Positions 51,436 through 61,660 are shown, counted from the stretch's first letter. The stretch is 64,000 nucleotides of DNA from an uncultured Gemmatimonadaceae bacterium (GCA_963781585.1 CAWAGQ010000011.1:64001-128000), one strand, 5' to 3'. A program made the numbers and translations. The notes: generated from the letters alone by a model not told the origin.

Positions 51436-51978
51436 TCAACCCTGCGCCAGCGCCGCGAGCTTCCGCACCGTGTTCCAGTTCCGCGCCGTGCCCGACGTGC
51501 CGAGCTTCTTCTCGATGACGGCGGTGGTCAGGCGCGATCGGCCGACGCCGTCCGGGTAGACCAGGTAGGCCTGGCGACCTCGTGCGCGGACCACCTCCCG
51601 CCCCACGATCGCTGCCTGCAGGGCCTTCACCTGTGCCGGCGTCGGCGCGCCCTTGAGGGCCATCAGCAGCAGATGGGCAGGGTCGTGCTCGGCCTCGTCA
51701 GCAAAAGGATTCTGCGCGATGGCCTGCTGCCACTCGGCCGCGCTGCGCACGAAGAACGCGGTCGCGAGCCCGAGCCGCTTCTCCGCCTCTTTCTCCAGCA
51801 GGCGTTCCAGTTCCTCCGCGGTCCGTCGGTCACTGCGAAACACGACGTTTCCGCTCTGGAGAAGCGACTGCGCGTCTTCGAACCCCAGCTTCGTGAAGAG
51901 CGCGCGCAGGTCGGCCATCGCGATGGCGTTGTGACCCGGCAGATTGACCGCCCGGAGCAGTGCAATGAAGCTGGTCAT
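51436..51978 (-). CDS. DUF1697-family protein
   Basis: IALLRAVN.GHN.I.MADLR, QSGNVVF, TARNWNTV.KL. Confidence 0.9.
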   Translation of the reverse strand: MTSFIALLRAVNLPGHNAIAMADLRALFTKLGFEDAQSLLQSGNVVFRSDRRTAEELERLLEKEAEKRLGLATAFFVRSAAEWQQAIAQNPFADEAEHDPAHLLLMALKGAPTPAQVKALQAAIVGREVVRARGRQAYLVYPDGVGRSRLTTAVIEKKLGTSGTARNWNTVRKLAALAQG

Positions 51979-52146
51979 GGCCTCTCACAACACCTGTTCA
52001 CTGCTCGCACGCGTGCTGACGTCCCGGCGGGTCGTCGACCGCCTTCCTTCGCATCACCGCCCGCCCGCAACACGCGCAGGGTCGTCAGCTGCCGGATCCA
52101 GCGCGCTTGATGTGACTCGCCGGGCACGATGATGCGCTTGTCAGAG

Positions 52147-52554
52147 CTATTGCTCGACATCGGGGATCGTGTACTCGATGTCGTAGAAGTGATTCCCGTC
52201 AGTGATCGTGATCTGCATCCCCCCCGCGAGGCCCACCAGCTGATCCGTGCCGGAATCGGGCACGATCGTGATGACGAGATGGGGCGTACCGCGCGTCATG
52301 GTTCCGCCATGCTGCAGGACGAAGGTACCGGTGCGGCCGTGGAGCGTGCCGCTGACCTGTTCCATGGCCACGTACCCCGCCGAACCTTGGACGCCGGTCT
52401 GGACAGCGAGCATCCGTCCGATCGCTGTGCCGTCGAGATCACCGTGATAGCGCTTCTCCAGCGACATCGTGCCGACTGACCCTGGGCTCGCGCTGGCGGC
52501 GGCGGGCAGCGGCGTGATCGTCACGTCGAACTCGCCGCGTGCATGAGTCGGCAT
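52147..52554 (-). CDS. DUF3224-family protein
   Basis: KRYHGDLDG, SAGYVAME, GTFVLQH, VPDSGTDQL.GL.G. Confidence 0.9.
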   Translation of the reverse strand: MPTHARGEFDVTITPLPAAASASPGSVGTMSLEKRYHGDLDGTAIGRMLAVQTGVQGSAGYVAMEQVSGTLHGRTGTFVLQHGGTMTRGTPHLVITIVPDSGTDQLVGLAGGMQITITDGNHFYDIEYTIPDVEQ

Positions 52555-52561
52555 GTGCGTC

Positions 52562-52807
52562 TCAATCCTCGTGGCTGGCTTCGTATCGGCGCTGCTCGTT
52601 CACGCGCTCGGTGGCCTGGGCCTTGTCCCGCTGCTTCGCCGCCTTGGCGGCGCGCTCCCTGGTGATCTCCGACTTCACGTACGGCCGCGACAGGCGCCGT
52701 TCCAGCTCGTGCCCCTCGCACGCCGGGCACACCGGCGTCTTCCGGCCGAGCACCAGCGCCTCGAACTCATGACCGCAGCTCTTGCAGACGTATTCGTAGA
52801 TCGGCAT
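52562..52807 (-). CDS. FmdB-family zinc-ribbon protein
   Basis: MPIYEYVCKSCGHEFE...CPAC. Confidence 0.9.
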   Translation of the reverse strand: MPIYEYVCKSCGHEFEALVLGRKTPVCPACEGHELERRLSRPYVKSEITRERAAKAAKQRDKAQATERVNEQRRYEASHED

Positions 52808-52866
52808 CGCGTCACTCCCGATTAGACCTGCCTGGCACGCGCGTTTCCATTGCCGCGCACGCCGCC

Positions 52867-53850
52867 TTACGCAAACACCCCCACCTGGCCGCCGGTGTGC
52901 CAGAAGAGCACCGCCTGGCTGTCCTCGAAGGCGCCCCGTCGCGCGAAAGCGATCAGCCCCGCCAGCGCCTTCGCCGAGTACCAGTGGTCGGTGATCAGCG
53001 CCTCGTTGCGCGCCGCGAGCTGCTGCGCTTCGCGCGACGCGTCCGACGGCACGCCATACCCGTCGCCGGCGAACCCATCATCCGCCTCGAACCGGTCCCC
53101 GGCACCTAACGAGCCGCTGCTCAGACCGAGGCGCTCTTCCATGCCGCCCACGATCTCCAGGACGCGGTTCCGGATGCTGGCGACCGGATCATCGGCACTG
53201 ATGCCGATCACCCTGGTGCGGAGTCCGTACAGCGCACAGCCCGCGAGCAGACCGGCCTGCGTTCCACCGGACGAGGTGGCCGACACGATGACGTCGGGCA
53301 CGATTCCCTGTGTCACCAGTTCACCCACGCCGCGCGCCAGCCCCATGGCGCCAAGCGGTGTCGAGGCGCCCAGGGGAATCACGTACGGATGCCCCCCCTT
53401 CGATCGCACGCGCTCGGCGACCAGCGCCATCGCCGGCGTGCGGTCCCCCCGCTCGGCCACATATGTCACCTCGGCGCCGAACATGGTATCGAGCAGGAGG
53501 TTGCCCGTGGGATGCTCCGGCGGTTCGCCGTTGACCACGAGATGACAGTGCATCCCGAGCTTGGCGGCGGTGGCCGCAGTGGCGCGGCAGTGATTTGACT
53601 GCACACCGCCGCAGGTGATGAGCGTATCCGCGTGGTGCGCCCTGGCGTCGGCGGCGACCACGGTCAGCTTGCGCACCTTGTTCCCGCCGAATCCGAACGG
53701 GAGCACGTCATCGCGCTTGGCGAGCACACGCGCCCCCATGCCGATGGCGTCGCGGAGGCGCGGCAGCTCGTCGATCGGCGTGGGGAGATGACCCAGCCGC
53801 AGGGCCGGGAGGGCCTCGAGACGGTCGCGTGCGGAGGAGAGGGACGACAT
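52867..53850 (-). CDS. dcyD: D-cysteine desulfhydrase / ACC deaminase family PLP enzyme
   Basis: PTPI, KRDD, GGNKVRKL, GGVQSNH, SGGTQAG, FWHTGG. Confidence 0.82.
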   Translation of the reverse strand: MSSLSSARDRLEALPALRLGHLPTPIDELPRLRDAIGMGARVLAKRDDVLPFGFGGNKVRKLTVVAADARAHHADTLITCGGVQSNHCRATAATAAKLGMHCHLVVNGEPPEHPTGNLLLDTMFGAEVTYVAERGDRTPAMALVAERVRSKGGHPYVIPLGASTPLGAMGLARGVGELVTQGIVPDVIVSATSSGGTQAGLLAGCALYGLRTRVIGISADDPVASIRNRVLEIVGGMEERLGLSSGSLGAGDRFEADDGFAGDGYGVPSDASREAQQLAARNEALITDHWYSAKALAGLIAFARRGAFEDSQAVLFWHTGGQVGVFA

Positions 53851-54060
53851 CGGCGCAAATGCGGGTGAACTGCAGAAGCCGAGCTTGTGCCCGTGCCGCT
53901 GAATACTATGCGTCGCGACCTCCTCGCCGCGAGCGCTGGTGGCCCTCCGGGAGCGGCCGAGGACCACCGGTGTGTGGTCGTCCGCCCACAGGCGCCGCGT
54001 CCATTGCGCTCATTCCCCGGGAGTGGTATTAGGAGCAGCACCAGCGATCGGCCCTCAGTG

Positions 54061-54109
54061 ACAGGCGACCGCCAACCTCCGACCTCCGACTTCTGATCTC
54101 CGAACTGCC
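54061..54109. repeat. About 7 x 7-bp degenerate repeat (ACCTCCG-like)
   Basis: ACAGGCG ACCGCCA ACCTCCG ACCTCCG ACTTCTG ATCTCCG AACTGCC. Confidence 0.6.
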
Positions 54110-54158
54110 GTCCTCCCCGGAGTCGCGTTCCGGTCTCGAGCCGTGGGCCGTCGCCGAA

Positions 54159-55571
54159 TTGCCGGCGCCGCCCACACCACGGGGGCTGCAGTGGTTCTCC
54201 ACCGTCGGACCCGGCGTGATCGTCCTCGGCGCCTCGATCGGGAGCGGCGAATACCTCCTCGGCCCGGCCGCGTTCGTGCGCTACGGCCTAACGCTGCTGT
54301 GGGTCACCACCGTGGCCAGCGTCCTGCAGACGGTGTTCAATCTGGAGCTGATGCGGTACACCATGGCGACTGGCGAGCCAGCCTGCACGGGGTTCATGCG
54401 CACGCGGCCGAACTCGACGTTCTGGGCATGGATCTACACGGCGCTGTACTTCCTGCAGGTGGGGTGGCCGGCGTGGGCGGGGGCGGCGGCCGGGGCCTTC
54501 TTCTTCCTCGGCACCAAGCGGGTTGCCGGGGCCGGCGACGCGTCGATGGTCTACTGGATCGGCATCGGCACGTTTCTGCTGTGTGTCGCGATCCTCCTCG
54601 TGGGGCGTCGGATCGAGCGCACGCTCGAAGTCCTCAACTGGCTCCTGATCGCGGCGATTATCGGCGGGTTCGCGGTCCTGGCGGTGCTGTTCGTCGCGCC
54701 ATCGACGTGGATCGCCGAGCTGGCGGGGTTCGTGGGCTTCGACCCGGCCACGAAGATGTTCTCCTTTCTGCCGCGCGGGGCGGACTTCTTCCTGCTCGGC
54801 GCCTTCGCCGCCTTCAGCGGCGCGGGCGGCGTCATCAACGTCACGTTGTCCAACTGGGCGCGCGACAAGGGCTACGGCATGGGCGGCGTGGCGGGATACA
54901 TTCCGGCCGCAGTCGGCGGGACGAAAGTGAACCTGGCCCACGTCGGCTCGACGTTCGTGCCTGACGAGGACGGAATGCGGCGGTGGAGGGGCTGGTGGCG
55001 GATCGTGCGCGTGGACCAGTGGGGGATTTTCTTCATCGGCGCGATGATCGGCATGGGACTGCCCGCGCTGCTGTACATGACCTTCCTGCAGCCGGGACAG
55101 GACATCCGCGGCTACGGAATTGCCGCCACGCTGGCCAACGCCATGGAAGCCCGGATTCCCCTGATGGGCGGGGTGGTGGCGTTCATGGGCGCGTGGATCC
55201 TGTTCAAGACGCAGCTCGACGTACTCGACGGCATGACGCGCGCCACCACCGACATCCTGTGGACCGGGAGCCGGCGGATCCGCGCCTGGCGCGGCGGCGA
55301 CGTGCGGCTCGTCTACTACGGCGTGCTCGCGGTGGTCGTGGCCTGGGGCGCGATTGCGCTCCGGCTCGCGGCCCCGATTCGGCTGCTGCAGGTGGCGGCG
55401 AACATCGGCGGGTTGATCTTCGTCATCGCCGGATTGCACCTGCTGTACGTCAACACGCGGCTGCTGCCCCGGGCGCTGCGCCCGGGACTGTGGCCGCGGC
55501 TGGGACTGATCGCTCTCGCGGTGTTCTACGGGTTCTTCTCCTGGATGTCATTCCGGGCGCTGGTGTCGTGA
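54159..55571 (+). CDS. Nramp-like (APC fold) transporter
   Basis: VGPG.IVLGASIGSGE.LLGP, E..RYT.ATGE, RDKGYGMG; polytopic. The true start is probably further upstream. Confidence 0.78.
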   Translation: MPAPPTPRGLQWFSTVGPGVIVLGASIGSGEYLLGPAAFVRYGLTLLWVTTVASVLQTVFNLELMRYTMATGEPACTGFMRTRPNSTFWAWIYTALYFLQVGWPAWAGAAAGAFFFLGTKRVAGAGDASMVYWIGIGTFLLCVAILLVGRRIERTLEVLNWLLIAAIIGGFAVLAVLFVAPSTWIAELAGFVGFDPATKMFSFLPRGADFFLLGAFAAFSGAGGVINVTLSNWARDKGYGMGGVAGYIPAAVGGTKVNLAHVGSTFVPDEDGMRRWRGWWRIVRVDQWGIFFIGAMIGMGLPALLYMTFLQPGQDIRGYGIAATLANAMEARIPLMGGVVAFMGAWILFKTQLDVLDGMTRATTDILWTGSRRIRAWRGGDVRLVYYGVLAVVVAWGAIALRLAAPIRLLQVAANIGGLIFVIAGLHLLYVNTRLLPRALRPGLWPRLGLIALAVFYGFFSWMSFRALVS

Positions 55572-55578
55572 CCCCGCC

Positions 55579-56154
55579 GTGAGCACGCGTCTCAGTGCGC
55601 ATGTCCATCCGTACGACGAGCGGCACGGTGCTTCTGGCGTGTTCATTCTGGTGGAGCTGCGCGGCCCGACGGCCGAGCGGATTCACGCGATACAGAAGCG
55701 ATTCGATCCCAGGCTGGCGGCCTTCGCGCCGCCGCATCTCACGCTGGTGGGGTCGTCAGGCATGGGCCCGATCGCGACTGACACGCCGCCTGCGCGGCTT
55801 CGCGAAGTCCTGGAGCCAATCGTACACACCACGCCCGAACTCATGCTGAAGCTGGAACCGCCTACGCGCTTCATGCAGACGGACACGGTGGTTCTGCCGA
55901 TCAACCCCCACGGTCCCCTGCGAACGCTGCACGAGCGCATCAAGATGAGCGGGTTGAGTTATGTCCGCAGCCGGCACGCGTTCACCCCGCACGTCACGCT
56001 GAGCCTGTACCGGACGCTCACGAAGGAGCAGGTGCGCGAGTTGCTCAAGGTGCGCATCACCGAGCCGGTGACGGTCGATCACCTGCTCGTCTCTCTCACG
56101 CGTGAGCCGCGGCCGCCGCAGCCGCTGTTCGAGCTGGTGCTGGGGCAAGAATAG
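55579..56154 (+). CDS. 2H phosphoesterase (2'-5' RNA ligase family)
   Basis: Two HxT motifs: PPHLTL and TPHVTL. Confidence 0.85.
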   Translation: MSTRLSAHVHPYDERHGASGVFILVELRGPTAERIHAIQKRFDPRLAAFAPPHLTLVGSSGMGPIATDTPPARLREVLEPIVHTTPELMLKLEPPTRFMQTDTVVLPINPHGPLRTLHERIKMSGLSYVRSRHAFTPHVTLSLYRTLTKEQVRELLKVRITEPVTVDHLLVSLTREPRPPQPLFELVLGQE

Positions 56155-56373
56155 CGTCAGGCGGGTGTGTAGAATCCATTAAACAACCACAAGCGGAGGA
56201 ATCATGCACGCACAGTTAAATCACGTATCAACTAAAGGATATCTCCCAAGCGGAATATCTTAAGCAAATGGTAGAACCCGATGCAAGAAGTGGTCCCGGT
56301 TTTCTGAACACGTGAGTTAGGTGGACAGGCGGGCTCCCCGGGCGAGATTTCGCCCTGTACTCAGGAGCTCACC

Positions 56374-56679
56374 ATGCCGAAGAGATCCCGCCGGACCCAT
56401 GCCCCCGCCTTCAAGGCGAAGGTCGCCTTGGCCGCCGTCCGCAACGAAGGCACGCTCGCCGAATTGGCCAAGCGCTTTGATGTGCACCCCGCGCAGGTTA
56501 CCGCGTGGAAGGACCAGCTCCTCGCCGGTGCTGCGGAGCTCTTCGGCGAGCGCGGGAGATCGGCGGATCCGCCGATCGACGTGAAGACGCTGCACGCGAA
56601 GATCGGCGAACTCGCCCTCGAGAATGATTTTTTAGAACGCGCGCTCGGCAAGGCCGGCCTGCTGAGCGCCAAGCGATGA
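56374..56679 (+). CDS. IS3 transposase OrfA
   Basis: [17 protein letters not shown] and [22 protein letters not shown] slippery-like run near 56626. Confidence 0.92.
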   Translation: MPKRSRRTHAPAFKAKVALAAVRNEGTLAELAKRFDVHPAQVTAWKDQLLAGAAELFGERGRSADPPIDVKTLHAKIGELALENDFLERALGKAGLLSAKR

Positions 56680-57503
56680 TCGACCGGACGCACGCCTTGC
56701 CGATCACGAAGCAGGCGGCGGCGCTGGGGATCAGCCGGGGCGCAGTGTACTACACGCCCCGGCCGACCTCGGTCTTCGATCTCGCCCTGATGCGCCGGAT
56801 TGATGCCGTCCACCTCGAGATGCCCTGGTTCGGAGCGCGCGGCCTGCGTCGCGTGCTGAAGACGGAATTCCCTGGCGTGGGGCGTCGACACATCGGCACC
56901 CTGATGCGCACGATGGGCATCAGCGCGATCGCGCCCCAGCCGGGCACCAGTCGCCGGCATCGCGCGCATCCGGTCTATCCGTACCTGCTGCGGCAGCGCG
57001 TGATCACGCGGCCGAACGAGGTCTGGGCCATGGACATCACCTACATCCCGATGGCGCGCGGCTTCATCTATCTCGCCGCGGTGATGGACTGGGCGAGTCG
57101 CCGGGTGCTCAGCTGGGGCCTCTCGATCACGCTGGACAGCGCCTTCTGCATCGCCACCGTGGAGGAGGCGATCGCGCGCTACGGCCGGCCGGAGATCTTC
57201 AACACCGACCAGGGCGCGCAGTTCACCAGTGCGGCGTTCACCGGCCTGCTGCTTGATCACGGGATCCAGATCAGCATGGATGGCCTGGGCTGCTGGCGGG
57301 ACAACATCTTCGTCGAGCGCCTCTGGCGCACCCTCAAGTACGAGGAGGTCTATCTGCACGCCTACGACTCGGTGTCGTCCGCGAAAGCCGGCATCGAGCG
57401 CTACCTCACCCTCTACAACACTCGTCGTCCCCATTCCAGCCTCGCCGACCAGACCCCCGATGAGGCATACTTCCTCCCACTGTCGCTCCCCGCGGCAGCT
57501 TAA
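56676..57503 (+). CDS. IS3 transposase OrfB (DDE integrase core)
   Basis: [41 protein letters not shown]. Confidence 0.95.
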   Translation: MIDRTHALPITKQAAALGISRGAVYYTPRPTSVFDLALMRRIDAVHLEMPWFGARGLRRVLKTEFPGVGRRHIGTLMRTMGISAIAPQPGTSRRHRAHPVYPYLLRQRVITRPNEVWAMDITYIPMARGFIYLAAVMDWASRRVLSWGLSITLDSAFCIATVEEAIARYGRPEIFNTDQGAQFTSAAFTGLLLDHGIQISMDGLGCWRDNIFVERLWRTLKYEEVYLHAYDSVSSAKAGIERYLTLYNTRRPHSSLADQTPDEAYFLPLSLPAAA

Positions 57504-57901
57504 CCCGCCCGCCGATCCAGTTAACTCACCCTATCAGGCTGTACAGAGAAGCGGAGCCACTTCTGCACCCGTCTTAGCGAAAGTACCAGGTCTTATTTCC
57601 AAAGTGTGGTTGACAGACGAAGAGAAAAACACTTTTGGCGGTTTCTACTTGTGGGACAGCAAGCCTGCAATGGAAGACTTCATGCATTCTGACCTTGTAA
57701 AGGCAGTTGTAAGCCGACCGTTCGTACAAAATGTCGCGTCGGTTGACTTTGAAGTAAATCAACAGGCTTCACGCATTACCAGGGGACTAACATAGGAAGT
57801 AGGGTGACAAACGTGAGCTTGACAGACACGGGCCGACGCCGCATCGGCGCTATTCGCGCAACTCGACCGAGCGTTGCCGTCGTCTCACGCGGCAGGTCGC
57901 C

Positions 57902-58021
57902 GCCTAACCCGCTTGGAGCCGACGAGGGCGTGGGCGCGTCAGCAGGCGCACGGTATACTGGACTGCGAGGCGGTGCGGCGGCCGCCGCACGCCGTCGCAG
58001 CTCAAGCGCAGGGCGTTAGGT
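57902..58021 (+). other. Integron attC site 1
   Basis: GCCTAAC (RYYYAAC) ... GTTAGGT (GTTRRRY); arms CGCTTGGAGC-CGACG and CGTCGCAGCTCAAGCG pair with extra bases. Confidence 0.8.
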
Positions 58022-58038
58022 GCATCGCTCGCACAGAT

Positions 58039-58755
58039 ATGAAACTATCGGTGATCATTCCTGCCTACGACGAGGCAGCGGCCTTGCCGGAGACGCTCGC
58101 CCGCATTCGCCTCTCGTTGAACGCGGCCCGCGCGGATGCCGAGGTACTCGTGGTCGATAACGCCAGCGAGGACGCCACTGCTCGCGTGGCATCCGACGCC
58201 GGAGTGAGGGTGGTCTATGAGCCCACGCACAACATTGCGGCGGTTCGAAACGCTGGCGCAAAGGAAGCAACCGGCGATGTTCTCGTCTTTATCGACGCCG
58301 ATACCAAGGTGCCAGCAAGCCTCTTACTCTCCATAACGCGCGCCTTGGAGGACGAGCATTGCTTCGGTGGCGCAGTGGCTGTGGAGTACGATCATCTCGA
58401 ACGCAAGTGGATGAAATGGTACCTCGCCGGCTGGAAGTTCTGGGCAGCGGTCTTCAACTTCGCCCAGGGTGCCGCCCAGTTCTCCAGACGCCAAGTCTTT
58501 TCGGCCGTTGGCGGGTATGACGAAAGCATTTTCATGGGCGAAGACATCGACTTCTACTGGCGGCTCCGCAGGCACGCACGCCGCCACGGCGGCTATGTCA
58601 CGGTGCTAAATGATTGCAGGGTTGTAACGTCAGCGAGACGATTCAACAAGTTGACGCTGTGGCGAGTTCTTCTCCTCACGCATCCCGGATTCATTCGACT
58701 AATGTGGCGGAAACGACGCTGGTGGAGTGATTGGTACGATCGTGCAGTCCGGTAG
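58039..58755 (+). CDS. GT2 glycosyltransferase gene cassette
   Basis: MKLSVIIPAYDE, VDNASED, FIDAD, GGYDE...EDIDF, TSARRF; lies between two attC sites. Confidence 0.88.
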   Translation: MKLSVIIPAYDEAAALPETLARIRLSLNAARADAEVLVVDNASEDATARVASDAGVRVVYEPTHNIAAVRNAGAKEATGDVLVFIDADTKVPASLLLSITRALEDEHCFGGAVAVEYDHLERKWMKWYLAGWKFWAAVFNFAQGAAQFSRRQVFSAVGGYDESIFMGEDIDFYWRLRRHARRHGGYVTVLNDCRVVTSARRFNKLTLWRVLLLTHPGFIRLMWRKRRWWSDWYDRAVR

Positions 58756-58778
58756 GAGTCGCGTCGGCAACGGTGAGC

Positions 58779-58872
58779 ACCTAACGAGCGCGTGAAGCTG
58801 CCGCGCGCCGCATCGATCGCCGGGAGACGAAGGTCAGGGCGGCGCTCGCAGCTTACGCGCATCGCGTTGATA
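58779..58872 (+). other. Integron attC site 2
   Basis: ACCTAAC ... GTTGATA; arm GCGCGTGAAGCTGC pairs with GCAGCTTACGCGC leaving one extra G. GCACCTAAC is the exact reverse complement of the cassette start GTTAGGTGC (58015-58023). Confidence 0.88.
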
Positions 58873-59174
58873 TCACTGGGCTGGTGTCAAGGGCAGCAGA
58901 AGCTTGGTCGGCGTCGGGTAAAGGGGGTACTCCCCATCCTTTGGCAGAGCCGGTTCGGGGTTCCTGCGCGATTTTAGAACGACGTTTTTCTCGTCGCACC
59001 CTCGGAAACCGCTTGCGAAACGGGTTGGAGTGTTTTGGGACAAGAGCGGGCGACGTGGGTGGGAGGCTCTGTCGACGGTAATCCTGCTGATATACGCCGA
59101 TTACCAGGTCGCCCTGGCAGCGCGGCAAGAATTGGATTCGTCGTGAGCTGGCTCATTCTAGACGCGGGGATCCG

Positions 59175-59350
59175 CATGAAGACTGCTGCCCCCGTTCCCA
59201 GCCCTGCCGTGCTGCGCACCGCGCTGGATCGCTATCTGCGCTACTACAGTCGCACGCGCATGCACTCCGCGCTCGGGTACCACTCACCCATTGCGTTCGA
59301 GAGCCATGCACCGTAAAACCAGCCCTGTCTACCAAACTGAGGCAAGATCC
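59175..59350 (+). mobile_element. IS3-family remnant (transposase C-terminus plus right end)
   Basis: LDRYLRYYSRTRMHSALGYHSPIAFE followed by TGTCTACCAAACTGAGGCAAGATC. Confidence 0.7.
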
Positions 59351-59553
59351 CAAGGCCGCTTTGGAAGCGCGCTCCGCGCGCACTTGTTGAAAGCCTTGCG
59401 GCTGAATACGGGCGGTTAGCATGCAACACACATCGCGACGACAGAACTGCTTTCGTTTCAGCGATCAAATCGCCGCGGCTGGATGGGCAGTTACTGCTCC
59501 GCCGTAGATCTTGGCGCCATCGTGGAGTTGCGCCTTCGCGTCATCCCGTTCGC

Positions 59554-61152
59554 TCATGCTGGTCGTGGTGGCACGCGCGCGACGACGAATACCGGGTCGA
59601 GCGCAACGGCGCTGTCAGCGTACATCGCTGCCCGATCGGGTTGACCAACCCACCTGTAGTGACCCGACAGAAAGGACAGCGCCTGCACGTTCGTTGGATC
59701 GACCGCGACGGCCCGCAGCCAGTCACGTTCGGCGAGCGAATCCTCGAGCAATTCCGAATGGGCGAGCCCGAGCTCGAACCATGCTTCGGATGATTCGACC
59801 GAGCTGGAGTCGAGCGCGAGCGCGTGGCGCGCCGCGGTGATCACGCCCGAGCGCCCATTTGGGTCGACCATCTGCGCGACGTGCGCGGTCGCAATCCAGC
59901 TCTCGGGATCGTCGGGGTCCAGCTCCACCGCGCGGCGGCTTGCCTGGACGGCCCGTGCGACCAACGAATCGCCCGGCAAGCCGCTGATCGCGAACCCGCG
60001 GACTTGGGACAATTGCTCGTCACGCGCCAGACCGGCCCATGCGCGCGCGAAGCTGGAATCGCGCGCGATCGCTCGGCTGAACAAGTCGAACGCGCGCTGA
60101 TAATCCGCGAAGGTGCGGCGTGTGATCAGCGTCCGGCCTTGGCGATAGAGCTCGTTCGCGAGCGAGTCCGAGCTGAGGTGGGACCGATGGGAGCCACCGA
60201 ATACACGTCTCGCTGCCGGCAGCGTCCAGACCGTGGCGGCGGCCACGCCGGCAAGGAGGAATGCACCAATCACGATCGGCCGCGCGCGCGGCGGCAGCCG
60301 CAGCGTCGCTCGCACACGTCGCGCCCCCTCGCGCCCGGCGAGCGCGGCCCCGAACTGCTCTGCGTCGTGAAATCGTTCGTCCGGCAATCGCGCGAGCGCC
60401 CGCTGCACAGCGTCGCTTACGCGGTGCGGCACGTCAGGCCGCTGCTTGCGGAGCGACGGCGCGTCGTGGGTGAGCGAACGCGTGAGCACCTGCCGTTGGT
60501 CGCGTCCAAAGGGCGGATCTCCAGTGACCATCTCGAACAGCATACACCCCAACGCCCACACGTCGGCGCGCGCATCGGTCTCTTCGCCGAGCGCCTGCTC
60601 CGGCGCCATGTATGCTGGTGTGCCGAGCGAAACGCCGGTGGCGGTCAGCCGATCTTCACGCGCCAACTGCGCCGCCCGCGCGATGCCGAAGTCGGCCACC
60701 AATGCGTGCGCCGTGTCGGCGAGCAGGATGTTCTCGGGCTTGATGTCGCGGTGAACGATTCCTCGCGTGTGCGCGTAGCCAAGGGCGTCGGTGATCTCGT
60801 GCGCGATGCGAAGCGCATCGTCGACACTCAGGCGCTTCTCGCGCTCGAGCCGACGGCGCAGTGTCTCGCCCTCGACGAACGGCATCACGTAGTACACGAG
60901 GCCGTTCGTTTCGCCGGAGTCGTGCACGGCGACGATGTTCGGATGCTGGAGTCCGGCGGCAACGCGGATCTCGCGCAGGAAGCGTTCGCGCCCGAGCGCG
61001 AGTTCCGGGTGCATGATCTTGATAGCGACCAGCCGGTCGTGGCGCAGGTCGCGAGCACGGAAGACGGTGGCCATCCCGCCGCGCCCGATCTGGTGCTCGA
61101 GTTCGTATTTGCCCTCCAGCGACTCGATCAGAAGGTACGGAAGTTCCGTCAC
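59554..61152 (-). CDS. Ser/Thr protein kinase with TM and TPR repeats (C-terminus possibly truncated)
   Basis: IGRGGMATV, VAIK, HRDIKPENIL, DFG, GTPAYMAPE, DVWALG; GTG start with GGAG. Confidence 0.9.
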   Translation of the reverse strand: MTELPYLLIESLEGKYELEHQIGRGGMATVFRARDLRHDRLVAIKIMHPELALGRERFLREIRVAAGLQHPNIVAVHDSGETNGLVYYVMPFVEGETLRRRLEREKRLSVDDALRIAHEITDALGYAHTRGIVHRDIKPENILLADTAHALVADFGIARAAQLAREDRLTATGVSLGTPAYMAPEQALGEETDARADVWALGCMLFEMVTGDPPFGRDQRQVLTRSLTHDAPSLRKQRPDVPHRVSDAVQRALARLPDERFHDAEQFGAALAGREGARRVRATLRLPPRARPIVIGAFLLAGVAAATVWTLPAARRVFGGSHRSHLSSDSLANELYRQGRTLITRRTFADYQRAFDLFSRAIARDSSFARAWAGLARDEQLSQVRGFAISGLPGDSLVARAVQASRRAVELDPDDPESWIATAHVAQMVDPNGRSGVITAARHALALDSSSVESSEAWFELGLAHSELLEDSLAERDWLRAVAVDPTNVQALSFLSGHYRWVGQPDRAAMYADSAVALDPVFVVARVPPRPA

Positions 61153-61431
61153 CGCCGTGCTCCAGTGTGGTCCGGGTAGTCCGAAGAGCGAGGTGTCGAA
61201 CATGGCGTTCGCTTCGTGCGCGCGCAACGACGCTCATCCGGTCGCGCGACGCGGCCGGAGCCGCATGTACATTCACTTCGTGACCGTCACGAGGCCTCCA
61301 GGACTGCGTCCACAACCACATCCCGCCGCAGTCGCCTGAGAGCTGCGCTGGGGAAGCGATGGAATGGTGGCAGCGTTGATGCGGTGAGGTAGCAGTGCGC
61401 TCGTTTTCCTCTCAACTCCTGCTGAGAGGAT

Positions 61432-61660
61432 ATGATGACAGCACTTCGCCAACGCCTCATCGACGATCTGACCCGCCGCGGCTACGCGCAGCGGACCATT
61501 CAGGCGTACGTCGCGAAACTCGGGTCGCGCTTTCGTAATTGACGGACGCGGTCGAGACGCGGCGGTGGCTCGACTGAGTCACTGCGTTCACGTCGCCCCG
61601 GATGAGCTGACGGAAGAGCAGGTGTCGCGCGTGCACCTGCTGGCCACGGCGACACACGGG
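61432..61660 (+). pseudogene. Tyrosine recombinase N-terminal (SAM-like) remnant
   Basis: MMTALRQRLIDDLTRRGYAQRTIQAYV, an interruption with stops, then VARLS..APDELTEEQV; no catalytic domain. Confidence 0.7.

Larger units (their letters stand above)
56286..57564 (+). mobile_element. Complete IS3-family element
   Basis: Imperfect inverted repeats AGAAGTGGTCCCGGTTTTCTGAACA and TGTACAGAGAAGCGGAGCCACTTCT; 3-bp target duplication GCA at 56283-56285 and 57565-57567. Confidence 0.95.
56204..57795 (+). pseudogene. YdhR-family putative monooxygenase cassette gene, split by IS3 and carrying a +1 frameshift near 56218
   Basis: GGAGGA-ATG at 56204. Removing the IS and one GCA gives ..VEPDA|PVLAKVPGLISKVWL..FGGFYLW..; both halves are AT-rich. 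Confidence 0.85.

Noticed and set aside
52833..52853. Sigma-54 promoter (TGGCACG...)
   Set aside because: No GC at the -12 position, and it points against the local genes.
61432..61660. Integron integrase intI for the array
   Set aside because: Only an N-terminal remnant with no catalytic domain; it lies downstream of the cassettes on the same strand, unlike intI.
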